Origin: Tubulanus polymorphus
Taxonomy: Eukaryota > Animalia > Nemertea
NCBI RefSeq assembly: GCF_964204645.1
Contig: NC_134032.1
Location: forward strand, 7,738,275 to 7,802,274
Direction of reading: 5' to 3'
Length of the DNA: 64,000 bases
Below, in pieces: positions 41,911 through 53,131 of the stretch. Numbering within the stretch: the stretch's first letter is position 1; every line of letters starts with the position of its first letter. The notes beneath the pieces were generated by a model. It made no database searches and had not been told where the DNA came from. It saw only the letters and a program-made list of their open reading frames with translations. Both the position numbers and the translations under genes were made by a program.

Positions 41911-44900
41911 TTAATCTATGGGAATTTCACGATGGCCATAAGCAAGAGTGCTTACGCCATCGTCTAAAATGTACCGCTTATCGTCGTAAGGTGATAAACC
42001 GACTTTATTCAGATGGACGGAATGAATTTTATGATTAAAGCTCCGTATGGAACGCATGCCGGTCATGAGGATAGATTTCTCCGTTATACATCTAATATAA
42101 TTATCATGCGACACGGACTGTTTGACAACGTATTTCGCAACGCCTTTTGCTGTCTTCTTCTCCACAAGAGTTCCGTCGTTATCCGGAGAAAGATATACCA
42201 TCGAGTACATCTTACTCCGCAAACCACAGAACTCTTTGATGGGGGAAGAATTGGTTTCATCCTTGAATTTGCCCAGAACATTTTTGTTGTTGTCCGAAAA
42301 CAAAGGATGACCAGTGGGATAGGCTGAGAAGTCGAACTGGTCGGAAATCTCCGCCATATCCGCGTACAAATCGTCGGTGCGAATAGCGTATGTCAAGCTG
42401 TCCGTATCGGTGAATAGGAGTTTGGCATTATCGCCATAAATTGCTTTAATTGACCCGTAATGAAATTGGTACATCAAAGTTTTACTAATGTCTAGAATAG
42501 CGAAACCAAGATACACGGGTTTATCGAGGGTGATCTGTATTTTTTGCTTTTTAACCCCCACAACATTTTCTGAAATTACATTCCATGAAATTGTAGATGG
42601 CTTCGCTAAAGCTCTTCTCAATTTATTGGGATCATTTATAATTTGGTAATTTAGCCTATGGCGAATATTCTCCATAGTCTTACCGAAACTGGCATTGTTC
42701 AAAAGTTTGTATAGATCCCTCTCAAAATTGGTTTTCGCCAGTTTTCGGTAATGGGTATTCAAACGAATGTATGGGGCCATCCATGCCGACTGAGTGAAAT
42801 ACAAAACCCGGTGAATTTGTGTCAATTTCATACCAAGTTTCAGATAAAGTTTGAGGTTCCTGTAATGAATAATATAGTTTTTCTTATTTCCAAGATTGGG
42901 AATAAGCTTGTGTATCTTGGTTTCGCTTAAATACAAAGATTGAAATAATTCTTTTTGATATGGTGAGAGCATATCCTCACTCACCGGCATGCGTTTCGGA
43001 GCTAGGGGAAAGTCATTGTGCAGGTCATGAAGCTCGGCACCGTATTCAAGGTCAACCTCGAGGACCATACCAAAAGGGGCGTCATCAGCCAAACCAATAA
43101 TACTCAGGGCAGTGGGCCAAAGAGGGTCAACGGGTTCCAACCACCTAAATCCGCTCACAGGTAGGGCCTGTGACATAGCCCAACCGTATAAATTATTCGC
43201 ATCCAAATACATAATATAGGATGATTCCATTGAAGGGTCATAATCGGCGAAATACTTGTTGTTAGCCTCGAAATATCGATGGGTAACAACAGAAATCCCG
43301 CCTCTTATGCCCTGTTCGATAAAAAGATACATGTTAATATCTGTGAACAATTCGAGTTCGACCTTGGTTAATTTTAGACACGCGTCCCACGAATAGCCGG
43401 GGAGAGTATAGTAGTGGGTGGGGTCTAGTTTATAACTTGCATGGGCGAAGGTTCTGAATTCCTCAAAAATATCGGCTAATAAAAGTACGTCCGTGCGCAA
43501 ATAGATATCGTGATATTCGCCCATGTCGGCAATACTGAATTGTTCCCAGATATTACGCGCATGTTGATAATCGCTATCAGAAATTTTGGTATCACCAAAT
43601 TTCTCAGCACCGGTCATGTATTCATATGGATATACCCCCTTGCGTAACAAAAGTTCAATTCGATTCCTGGGAAATTCCGAGTTTAAATTAATGGACTTTT
43701 CCCTCCCAGATTTCACCAAATTATCAGTAAGTGTACCGAGGGCGCTGTTTAGGAATGCCAGCGAATCGATGAAGCGCAGGGGGCCAAGAGTAAATGAAAT
43801 AAATTTCTCGGTGTTGGTCGGGATAATTGAAATCTTTTTACCCCGAAATTCCACATCACCGAGTGATCTTATTATCTCGTGACTGTCGTAACCTTTAAGG
43901 TTATGAAAAACAACAGGCACGAAATTTGGTACTTTGTAGGCTAAATTACACGTATTACAAGCGGGACCTCTATATTTGCCGGTTATGTGATCGTGATCCC
44001 TAAATTTTTTCCCGATAAAGATGACCTAAAATGCGCTTCATCTTCATCGCTCATGATCAAAGGTTGGGGATTTTTGTACTCGTTCAAGATGTCCTCAGCC
44101 GTTTCGAGGAGGTTTTGGAGGAATGTCCTCATAACATTTCCCCCCCTATACAACACTGAAGGTTTCGAATAAGGGGTTTCTGGTCCGACCACTTTATAAC
44201 AAAAACCCGATGGTTCATGTACCTGATAGCGTGAAGTCCAAGATTGGGTCTGGTCCCGGGAACATCCTTGAATGGGAGATAAAAACATTTCGAAATCAGC
44301 GTATATGATATAAGGGACTTTATGCTGTTTAGCGACATTACCAAATTTCAAAATATTCTCATTTTCATCAGGGAGTACAGTCCTCTGGATTCCATGAATA
44401 CAGTACTGGTGATGAGTGTTTAGAATATCTCGACTTGAAAAAGTGTTTAAACACTTAAAACACCAGTATGACCGAGCCTTATGCCTGTTTATATGGTATA
44501 AAAATCGATTCAAATCTTTTATCAGGCAATAATGGGAATCATCGCCCAATGAAAGCTTTAAAAGGTTTACATGTTTCTCAAGTGGTTTATCACTCAAACG
44601 ACGAGGGAAAATATTACCATCTTCTTGGACGAAAACGTTAACTGATATATCGTTCTGTCTTTCGAATATCGGTATTTGCTCTTCGGTCATCGGATAATTG
44701 ATACCATTCATGTCCAATTCATCCTCATACCGTTTATACTGTGATACCCGTTGGGGGTTCGCATCCGCCGGGTGAAGGTGGGCGAGAATACACCAAAGAA
44801 AACACTTGTTGTCGCGATTTTTTATGTTTATCACCCCACCTCTAGAAATAATTATACGAGGTGAAGGGATAAACAAACCTCCACCCAGTGGAGCATAAAT

Positions 44901-45794
44901 ACCAGTGTGGAGATCTAGTGCAACCACGTGGTCGAACACCCAACCGGAACCATTAGTATTATACTGTTCCATTAGTTGGATTAACCTAATTTTCGCGTGT
45001 TCTATTTGCTCATCAAAGTGTATTTCGTTGAGAGCAGTTTGACATTCGAGGGTGAAAAAAACTCTTTTCACTTCGGGGTTGTCCCCGACATGCTTCTCGA
45101 GTACGACTCGAAGACTGGCGAACCATTTAATACCCCCATGCAAGCTTAAATCTTGCTTAAGCAGATGGAGGATGTTCGGTTTTAAATCATTAAAAAATTT
45201 CAAAAGATCAAATTTATTATCTTCCGAAGCTGGTATCTGATAGCGAGATACATACCCCTGCAACACATCGCCGACCTGTACGTCCATCCACCCTCGAATA
45301 GTTTCATCCAGTTCCAACTCTTCCCACTCGAATTCCTGTGGGATTGCTAGACCTGGTTGGGGGTGGATGTTTACGTTTCCAACCCCCGGTGGTGGTGGTG
45401 GAGGGGGTACATCGCCAGCTTCTGCTACCACTGGTTGGGGGGCGGCGGCGGGAGGTGCCCCAGGTTCAGCAGATTCTTGTTGGGGGGCGACGGGAAGTAT
45501 CCCAGGTCCAGCAGCCTCTGGTTGGGGAGCGGCGGGGGGTTCCTCGTCATCTCCATGTCCCCCTCGACACCTCGGGAAATGATCCCTTCTTATATACACT
45601 TCCGAAGCAAACTCCCGACCGCACTTCGGGCACGCCGGTTTCGGCCCTCGGTGATTATCGCGCATGTGCTTCGAGCGCGAACACGAATGCCGGAAAACTT
45701 TGTCACACTCGAAGCACTGGTAGAGCCTGCCCGAAGGCAGGCCGGGAGCCGAACCCTCCTCCGCAATTCGTTCGGTTATCTGTTGTTGGGCCAT
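41911..45794 (-). pseudogene. pPolB: Protein-primed family B DNA polymerase with N-terminal C2H2 fingers and an EndoVII-like insert; frameshifted near 44010
   Basis: IYADFE, FHNLKGYD, YLDANNLYG, KLLNNASFGK, FTDTDS, K..AKGV; RDHDHITGKYRGPACNTCNL bridges the two listed ORFs; an apparent in-frame deletion at FGDTK/ISDSDY. Confidence 0.95.
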
Positions 45795-45884
45795 CTGAAA
45801 ATGAAAAAAAAAGTAAGAACCCTTTAAGTGTGTATTGATAGTGGAACGATTTCGCTTTAATCATTTTTTCACCCGAAATCAAGG

Positions 45885-46506
45885 ATGGAGGTTATTGATT
45901 TACCGCCGATCCAGTTGCAAGGATGGTTTACATCGATAATAAATGGGATGACAGGTATTGGGAAAACTGTATTTACTAGAAGATTGATCGAGGAGAAAAT
46001 GTTTGACCCATTCCCCGATCGTATAGTTTGGGTATACGTTGAGGACCAGGAATTATATCACGATTTGAAAGGCGTTGAATTTGTTAGAGGATTAACCGAG
46101 GAACTCTATGAAAGCTTATCCGGTTCCGATACGACAAAATTACTCATATTAGATGACATCCTAAACGACTGTGATCCGAAATTATTGGAAACTATTTTCA
46201 CTCGTGGAAGTCATCATTCTAATATCGCAGACTCTTTTCCCGAAAGGGCCCCACTTTAGGACCATTTCGCTAAATACGCATTACATAGTTCTATTCAAAC
46301 ACCCAAGAGATCGACTTCAAGTAAAAACTTTGGCCATGCAATCAGGGTTAGAAAAATCGCTCGAGGAGGCTTTTGCCGATGCGACTTCTATTTCGCCACG
46401 CGGGTATTTGTTTTGTGATTTTAAACCGCAAACACCCGATAAGTGGAGATTACGTACACGAATATTTCCGAGTGATCATATCTATTATCGAATTAAAAAT
46501 CATTAA
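45885..46506 (+). pseudogene. A32-like (FtsK-HerA) packaging ATPase, frameshifted near 46225
   Basis: Walker A GMTGIGKT, Walker B LLILDD, FTRGSHH, then RTISLNTHYIVLFKHPRD in the next frame. Confidence 0.92.
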
Positions 46507-46567
46507 ACGTTTGGTTGGTGGCGTCATGAATCTGATAAATGAGATGAAAGAAAACGTGTGTACTACA

Positions 46568-46888
46568 ATGGGAAAGCATTCACACGTGCGAGATTTTGCG
46601 CCTCACCTAAAATTGCTGTGCGAGGGAAATAAAAAGATGCGTATCGCTATAATATCTTCTTCCCCGAATAAACTAAGCAATGTTATATGCGAAATTTGCA
46701 TTAATTCATTAAGAGGAAATATTAATCACAGCGAATCGGATAAAAAGAAATTGAAGCGACATAAAAAGTGGATCAGAATTCTCGCTAATAAACGCGTTCC
46801 GATTAAATCGAAGAAACCTTTAATAATACAGAAAGGCGGATTTCTAGGGTTGATACTGAAAGGTCTAGGACGTCTACTGGGCTTATAA
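46568..46888 (+). CDS. Small basic Polinton virion protein with C-terminal amphipathic peptide
   Basis: ICEICINSLRGN, Lys/Arg-rich, ends QKGGFLGLILKGLGRLLGL. Confidence 0.75.
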   Translation: MGKHSHVRDFAPHLKLLCEGNKKMRIAIISSSPNKLSNVICEICINSLRGNINHSESDKKKLKRHKKWIRILANKRVPIKSKKPLIIQKGGFLGLILKGLGRLLGL

Positions 46889-46889
46889 A

Positions 46890-47627
46890 ATGAAGAATGT
46901 CGATAAACTTTTCGTGGTTCCAGAGTCATTCATCCCGATAATCGAGAGATTATCCTCAAATACGCGAGGAAAAACCGATTCTTCGAGTACACCAAAGTCG
47001 AGCGATGATAGAGCACGAACCGTCGAAAGTCATATGACCGACGTTCTACAAATGAATGGTATTGGAGATGACGTAATACTAAAACTTTACAATAATTCGC
47101 TAAATAAACTAATGAAAATCGAGGAATTGGCAAGGGATTCAATAGCGAATAAAGTCATACCGTCGGCTGAGGATACATCGCGTTCCGAGAGAATTGTCGA
47201 AAATAAAACGAGTATTGATCGAGAGATTCTGAATAATGTTCCGAAAAACTATAGAAGGAAGGCAGAGCAGTTGCTGCAACGAATCAAACGGTTTCCGGAT
47301 ATACTTTCTTGGACTGACAAGGGCGAAATTATTTTCAGGGGGGTAAAACAGAATGATAGTAATATTTTTGATTTAATGAATCTGTGTATGTCGCCGAATA
47401 AAGATGTTCAACTGAGTGGTATCGAAGATTTCATCTCGGCATTGCGGGAGATAAGCGTCCCACAGACATATATCCCTAATAAAGTTATTAGGAATATGTT
47501 AACGAATAATCAACGTACCTTATTTAGTTCACCGCCTTCAGAGAGAAAAAGAAGAAAGATAACTGTGAAACGTGGATCCGATGTTGAATCTGAAAATGTA
47601 GATATTGAGAACTGGATATATTTCTGA
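46890..47627 (+). CDS. Conserved Polinton protein of unknown function, 245 aa
   Basis: Intact ORF with VP..Y..KA..LL...SW..KGEI...SNI.DL and a C-terminal W..F, recalled from other Polintons; NLS-like RKRRK; AATAAA near 47820. Confidence 0.7.
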   Translation: MKNVDKLFVVPESFIPIIERLSSNTRGKTDSSSTPKSSDDRARTVESHMTDVLQMNGIGDDVILKLYNNSLNKLMKIEELARDSIANKVIPSAEDTSRSERIVENKTSIDREILNNVPKNYRRKAEQLLQRIKRFPDILSWTDKGEIIFRGVKQNDSNIFDLMNLCMSPNKDVQLSGIEDFISALREISVPQTYIPNKVIRNMLTNNQRTLFSSPPSERKRRKITVKRGSDVESENVDIENWIYF

Positions 47628-47911
47628 CCATCGAAAAGTCGGGTGAAAAGGATAAGTTTTCAATTTGTTTACAACCTACCTCAAATCAGTAATGACTACG
47701 TAGGTTGTTTGTTTGTTTGTTTGTTTTTGAAGCCGAACAGCACTTTTGATTTGATACTGTCTGAACCTGAAAAGAAATGTAATTCCTCATTTATTTTCCC
47801 GTTGTACATTTTGTGAAACAATAAAAATATATCAGATAAATTTATGGGGTTTATTTTTCAATTTCTACATCGTTCATTAAGCCTTTATCCCTCGGGCACT
47901 GAACATCGAAA

Positions 47912-48436
47912 ATGATTGAGGTGGTTAATGTAGTAGCGACGGCAAACCTAAATTCAAACTTGAATCTCGATGAATTGGCTAAAACGATGCACAATGTCAT
48001 TCATAATCCACTTAAATTTAGCGCGCTCACTATGAGACATAGGCGTATCAAAGGTACTTGTCTATTCTTCACTACTGGGAAAATGGTCTGCAATGGAACA
48101 AGATCTATAGCGGAGTGTTATACCAGCGTGCGACGATTTGCTAGGCTAATACAGAAAAAGGATATCGCTGTGAAGTTAACTGACTTCAAAATTCAGACTA
48201 TGACCGGTGTTGCGAAAACAGGGGTGAAAGTAAATCTAACTCTTTTGAATTCATTAATTGGCGGAAGTTATAATCCGGAGATCACTCCTAGCCTCATTTA
48301 TCGTCGTGGAAGTATTTCGTTCATAATTCAACATAAAGGGAGTGTAATTATAAGCGGGTGTAAATCATTAAATGAAATAATATCGGCACTACCGGATATT
48401 TTGTTTAATATGCACGTGTGTGAATATACAGCATGA
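47912..48436 (+). CDS. TBP: Divergent TATA-box-binding protein homologue (core domain only), Polinton-encoded
   Basis: Colinear with the TBP core: NVVATANL, NP.KFSAL.MR, FTTGKMVCNG, RRFARLIQK, DFKIQTMTG, YNPE..PSLIYR, G.VIISG.K; intact and intronless. Confidence 0.93.
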   Translation: MIEVVNVVATANLNSNLNLDELAKTMHNVIHNPLKFSALTMRHRRIKGTCLFFTTGKMVCNGTRSIAECYTSVRRFARLIQKKDIAVKLTDFKIQTMTGVAKTGVKVNLTLLNSLIGGSYNPEITPSLIYRRGSISFIIQHKGSVIISGCKSLNEIISALPDILFNMHVCEYTA

Positions 48437-48523
48437 GCTCGTGCTTTCCACGCTCGCAATCAATGATTACTGTGGACTGTAAAGGGATGAAAATCTCTTG
48501 CTGTCAATCGAAAATAGAGGATA

Positions 48524-49606
48524 ATGTCGACTCACGTGAGCCCCCGCGTGGAAAAGATATTGACGGAACTGTATTACAACCCCGAAAATCCAAGTGCATT
48601 CGGTGGCATAAATGCTTTGTATCGTGCTGCAAGGCTAACCGGGGAGAAGATCAACATTGAAACTATCAAAGTCACAAGAAGCATATACTCTACATCGTCC
48701 AACTCGTAAACGTTTCAAAAGGAATAAAACAATAGTTTCCGGTATTAATCAACAACATCAAATCGATTTGTGTGATCTATCGAATTTATCTAGATGGAAT
48801 AAAGGGTATAGATATTTGCTCATGTCAATCGACGGTTTTTCTAAAATTGCCTATGCTATCCTCATCAAAACGAAAAATAGTCGAGAAGTTTGTTCGGCGT
48901 TCGAGAAAGTTATAATTCAAAGTCGTATGAAGAAAGTACAGAGCGATAAAGGTACCGAGTTTTTAAACGTTCATTTCGCTAAACTGATGAAAAAGTACGG
49001 AATACCTCACTTTACAAGTGAAGATACAGTAAAATGCAGCATTGTGGAAAGACTTATACGAACGATAAAGGGGAGGTTATTTCGCTATATGACAGCACAT
49101 ACCTCGAAAACTTACATTAACGTTCTTCCACAAATAATGAAAGCTTATAACGAATCGTATCATCGATCGATTAAAATGTCACCGAACCAAGTAAACGAAT
49201 CTAATGAGAAATTAGTCTGGGAGAATTTATACGGAAGCGAATCTCTTATTAATAAACAATTCAAGTACTCTGTCGGCGATGCGGTTAGAATCGCGAGATA
49301 TAAGAAGGATTTCGATAAGGGGTATTTGCCCGGTTGGTCACACGAAATATTTACAATCACTAAACAGGTTGCACACAATCCACCGACCTACCACATAGTG
49401 GATCAAATGGGCGAGCGAGTTCAGGGCCAATTCTATTCCCATGAATTGCAAAAAGTAATTAAAAGGTGGATGACGTCTATCGAATAGAAAAGATTATCCG
49501 TAGTCGGGGGCGAGGAAACAATCGCGAGCTGTTCATTAAGTGGTTGGGATACCCATCGAAATTTAATTCTTGGATTCCAGCGCGTGACCTAAAGAAAGAT
49601 GCGTGA
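48524..49606 (+). pseudogene. Retroviral-type DDE integrase with C-terminal chromodomain; frameshifts near 48670 and 49465
   Basis: LYYNPENPSAFGG, AYTLH, QIDLCDL, QSDKGTEF, IVERLIRT; tail YRIEKII...FIKWLGYPSKFNSWI. Confidence 0.93.
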
Positions 49607-50406
49607 CTTTTATTTAACATTGTTAAGCGATGGAAGCATGGATGAATTTCCCGATAATTCTCAAAAGAAGTTTAAAGTGAAACTTAGGGGGACGATTAAT
49701 CTGGATGGAAACTGGGAAGTTGCGCTAGTGCACATAAATTTCAACTGCGAATTCGATAATATAACAACCGGTGAATTCTACGTCGACTCTGGAAAAGGAG
49801 AATGGAGCGAGGCGTATAACGTTAGCGGCGGGATATATAAAAATATCGAATCACTGATAAATCAAGTGAACTCTGCTTTAATACGCACATCGGCAACGAA
49901 TAGAATAAAACTATTTCTATAATGAAATAAGTCAGCGAGTCTCGATCAGATTATTCGCAAATGCAAAAATTAAGTTCAAAAACGATCTAGCTTGGGTGTT
50001 TGGATTCCCTTCGATGCACGTTCTCGACGCTAATATTTTCAACGAAAATGATACGGACACTAAAATCGTACGAAAATCAAATACAAACTCGAGCTATGTC
50101 GAAGTTATAGCGTCTAGACCCGTTGACCTCATGGCTGATAACCACAACATCTTGATCTATTCAGAGTTAATTCAACATCAACAAGTCGGGCATGATAGCG
50201 CACCATTATTAAGGATTGTAGGTGTAAACGATATAAATCAAACAGTTATAGATCGAGAATTCAGAAGACCTTATTATCTACCTCTCAGGAGTAATCGACT
50301 GGATGTTATTGAAATCTATATGAACAAAGATAGCGGATCCCCGCCCATCTTTAAAAGGGGAAAAGTCTCCCTCGTATTACATTTTAGACGGAAATTGCAA
50401 ATATGA
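49599..50406 (+). pseudogene. Minor capsid (penton) protein; 1-bp frameshift near 49915
   Basis: FYLTL.SD.SM..FPDN, WEVAL, IYSELIQ.Q.VG...APLLRIV, LVLHFR. Confidence 0.85.
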
Positions 50407-50750
50407 AGACTGAATGCACAATAGATCAAGACGCGTGTTGTGATTATTATTTACGACAGGCAGGCGGCGGGAATGATTTCTACCACGGTCGACCGGTACA
50501 AAGAGGGGCCGGTATCGGCTCTATCCTCAGCGGATTATTCAGGGGGGCGATCCCATTGTTTAAGACGATTGCAAAGAAAGCAGCACCACATATAATTAAA
50601 GCCGGTGTTAACACTATAGGTGACGTCATCGAAGGAAGAGACTTAGGAGCCCCAATAAACCGAGGAAACGTAAAGTCAGATCAAAGACGCATAAACCACG
50701 GCAGGCAAAACGTCAGCGCAGATTTAACGAGACTTTGGAAGCGTATTAAT
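50403..50750 (+). CDS. Polinton core/virion protein with Gly-rich candidate protease sites; C-terminus probably disrupted
   Basis: YYLRQAGGG...QRGAGIGSILSGLFRGAIPLFK; a basic tail RKRKVRSK... appears in a shifted frame. Confidence 0.7.
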
Positions 50751-50776
50751 TGTTCATTATTTACACCATTGGCAAC

Positions 50777-52096
50777 ATGAGTTTGAAAGTTCACAAAGAC
50801 TCGCAACCCGCTTTGAAGAGTGAATTGGACATCTTCTCACTACCGATGACTAATATTACGATGGAATCTGCGCATTACGCCAAATATCAACCGTTAGCTA
50901 CGATCACCGACAGTGGAAATATCGATTTTCTCATAACCGGGAACTCTCAACATTATCTAGATTTGAATCACACGTGGTTAGATGTCGCATTCAAAATTGT
51001 AAAGGGTGACGGCAGTCCAATGATTAATGGTAAAGCCGACGATCCGGTGGCTCCATTAATAAATTCCGGTCAATCACTATTCAGTGATGTCGAGGTTCGA
51101 TTCAACGATAAATTAGTTAGCAATGGAATGGACCTACACCCGATTAGAGCCGCTATTGAGAATTTGATATTCTGTCAATCATCGTCGAAACCGGGGTGGA
51201 TGGAAAGCGCTATGATATATAAAGACGAAGCCGGGCGTATGAACGATACAGATCCTAGAAACGCAGACTGTAATTACGGGCTAAAAGAACGCTATGATTT
51301 ACTGAAAAATTCAAACCATCTTACACAAGTACAACTACGATTACACAGCGATGCGTTCGGATTAGATAAACTATTGCTATCAAATGTAACGGTAAAAGTT
51401 AAATTGATAAGGAGTAAGGATGCGTTTTGTATTATGTCTCCGAATCCCGAAGTGAAATTTAAAGTAAAAATTGAAAACGCCACATTAAATGTGAGACGAG
51501 TTCAGCTGAGTCCTTCAGTTCAACTTGCCCATGAAAAAGCTTTGTCTACTAGCAATGCAAAGTATCATTTCGTAAAAACAAGTATTTTTCCGGTGAATAT
51601 CCCACGCGGAGTACGTAGTGTTATAAGAGATAATCTGATAATTGGCAATATACCAAGGAATATAATTATCGCTTTCTGTTCGGACGAATCGCTGAGTGGA
51701 AGCTATGGCAAAAACCCGTTCGACTTTAAACACTATGATATCACTAGAATTGTGGTTTCCCTCAATGGTTCGCAAGTTGAATCAAAGGTTATAAATTTCG
51801 AGTCGAAAGACTTGTGCGAAGGTTATTTCTCGTTATTCACGGGAACCGGTATTCTATACCAAGATAAAACAATTGGAATAACTAGAAAAGATTACGCTCG
51901 CGGCTATTTCTTAACTGCGTTTGATTTGACACCCGACTTTGGGTTCACTGACCTGGCTATCAGCAAAAAAGGATCGCTTCGAGTAGAACTGGAATTTTCA
52001 AAGCCTCTCCCCGAAAATATTAATCTATTGTTATACGCTAACTTCGATGAGGTTTTAGAAATTACGAAAGATCGAACAGTTGTAACAGATTTTTAG
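50777..52096 (+). CDS. Double jelly-roll major capsid protein, 439 aa, intact
   Basis: KSELDIFS.P.T, YLDL..T.L, SLFS.V.V, G.Y.KNPF.F, AFDLTPD, LRVEL.F; position between penton/core genes and protease. Confidence 0.9.
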   Translation: MSLKVHKDSQPALKSELDIFSLPMTNITMESAHYAKYQPLATITDSGNIDFLITGNSQHYLDLNHTWLDVAFKIVKGDGSPMINGKADDPVAPLINSGQSLFSDVEVRFNDKLVSNGMDLHPIRAAIENLIFCQSSSKPGWMESAMIYKDEAGRMNDTDPRNADCNYGLKERYDLLKNSNHLTQVQLRLHSDAFGLDKLLLSNVTVKVKLIRSKDAFCIMSPNPEVKFKVKIENATLNVRRVQLSPSVQLAHEKALSTSNAKYHFVKTSIFPVNIPRGVRSVIRDNLIIGNIPRNIIIAFCSDESLSGSYGKNPFDFKHYDITRIVVSLNGSQVESKVINFESKDLCEGYFSLFTGTGILYQDKTIGITRKDYARGYFLTAFDLTPDFGFTDLAISKKGSLRVELEFSKPLPENINLLLYANFDEVLEITKDRTVVTDF

Positions 52097-52105
52097 ATAA
52101 AAAGA

Positions 52106-52573
52106 ATGTTGTATACCGATGAATTAATGAATATTTGAAGTAATGATACGTGCGTAAGTAAATTGTTTAAAGGTGTTTATCCGGCTAATCGTCTGCCCGT
52201 AAATCCTGTATACCCTAGTATTTTCATTGTTAACTCCCAAAATAGTGATAAGAGCGGTGAACATTGGATTTGTTTGATATTATTCGCAAATAAACGGGGA
52301 TATTACGTAGACAGTTACGGACAAAAACCAGAATTCTATAATATCTTATTGAGAAACTATTTAGATACGCACTGTCATTGCTGGGAATATTCTCGAATTA
52401 GAGTCCAAAGTTTGTTTAGTACGAATTGCGGTTACTATTGCATTTATTTCATAACACTTCTTTCACACGGAATCAGTTTCCCCGAAATATTCAGTATTTT
52501 CAGTAAAAACGATTATGAATATAACGATTACTACGTTAAAAATTTCGCCAATAAGTATTTCATTAGAATGTGA
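52106..52573 (+). CDS. Adenain-like cysteine maturation protease (N-terminal frameshift)
   Basis: GEHW, VDSYG and Q.....NCGYYC catalytic motifs; ATG at 52106 is out of frame with the listed ORF; AATAAA near 52644. Confidence 0.9.
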
Positions 52574-52940
52574 AATTCAATTTGTTTTTAAATTTCAAAC
52601 TATGTACAACAATTTGTAAACGATCAGTCATTGGGAACATTCAAATAAAAACAATGTAGATTTAGATTTGAAAAAAAAACAAGAATTTACCTTATAGTTG
52701 ATTAATCGATCCGATGGATTCCTCGTGTTAGTTCGATGTCTAGGGCTCGCTGAAGCGGTTGATACCAGGAGTGCAAACGGAAAAGGTCGAGTCGAGGTGC
52801 TTCGCATTTTTAAAAACCCTCACAACAATGGAATGAACAAATCATCCCGTAATCCAGTCAAAATACTCTCCAAAAATGCGCGAACACATTTCATTGGGTT
52901 ACACTCACCACGTGATGAGACCCCAACGATTCTTGAAACG

Positions 52941-53131
52941 TGATCGATGTTATCCTTTCCCTCCGTTACGGAGGGCAGAAGATTTTCCCAACCTCAGTTT
53001 TACACAGGGACCGTCATCAAAGCTTTTGTCATATTGATCGATGTTATTTATCCCTTCCCTCCGTTACGGGGGCAGAAAATTTTCCCAACCTCAGTTTTAT
53101 TACAGGGACCGTCATCAAAGCTTTTGTCATA
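52941..53131. repeat. Imperfect tandem duplication, 2 x ~94 bp
   Basis: tgatcgatgttat...cagggaccgtcatcaaagcttttgtcata occurs twice. Confidence 0.95.

Noticed and set aside
43983-44040. Programmed ribosomal frameshift in pPolB at GGGAAAAAATTT
   Set aside because: The CxxC expected before the RDHDH motif is missing, so a deletion explains the frame change better.
45338-45838. Three plus-strand ORFs antisense to pPolB
   Set aside because: Shadow ORFs of the GC-rich Pro/Ala linker.
48433-48660. 75-aa Cys-rich ORF between TBP and integrase
   Set aside because: Largely overlaps the true integrase N-terminus in another frame; no independent support, though the 4-bp ATGA overlap with the TBP stop means it cannot be fully excluded.
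41911-52573. Selective retention (domestication) of MCP, TBP and PC4 while other genes are broken
   Set aside because: Only about eight lesions over ~11 kb of coding sequence, so intact short genes are plausible by chance; several lesions are 1-bp homopolymer changes that could be sequencing errors.
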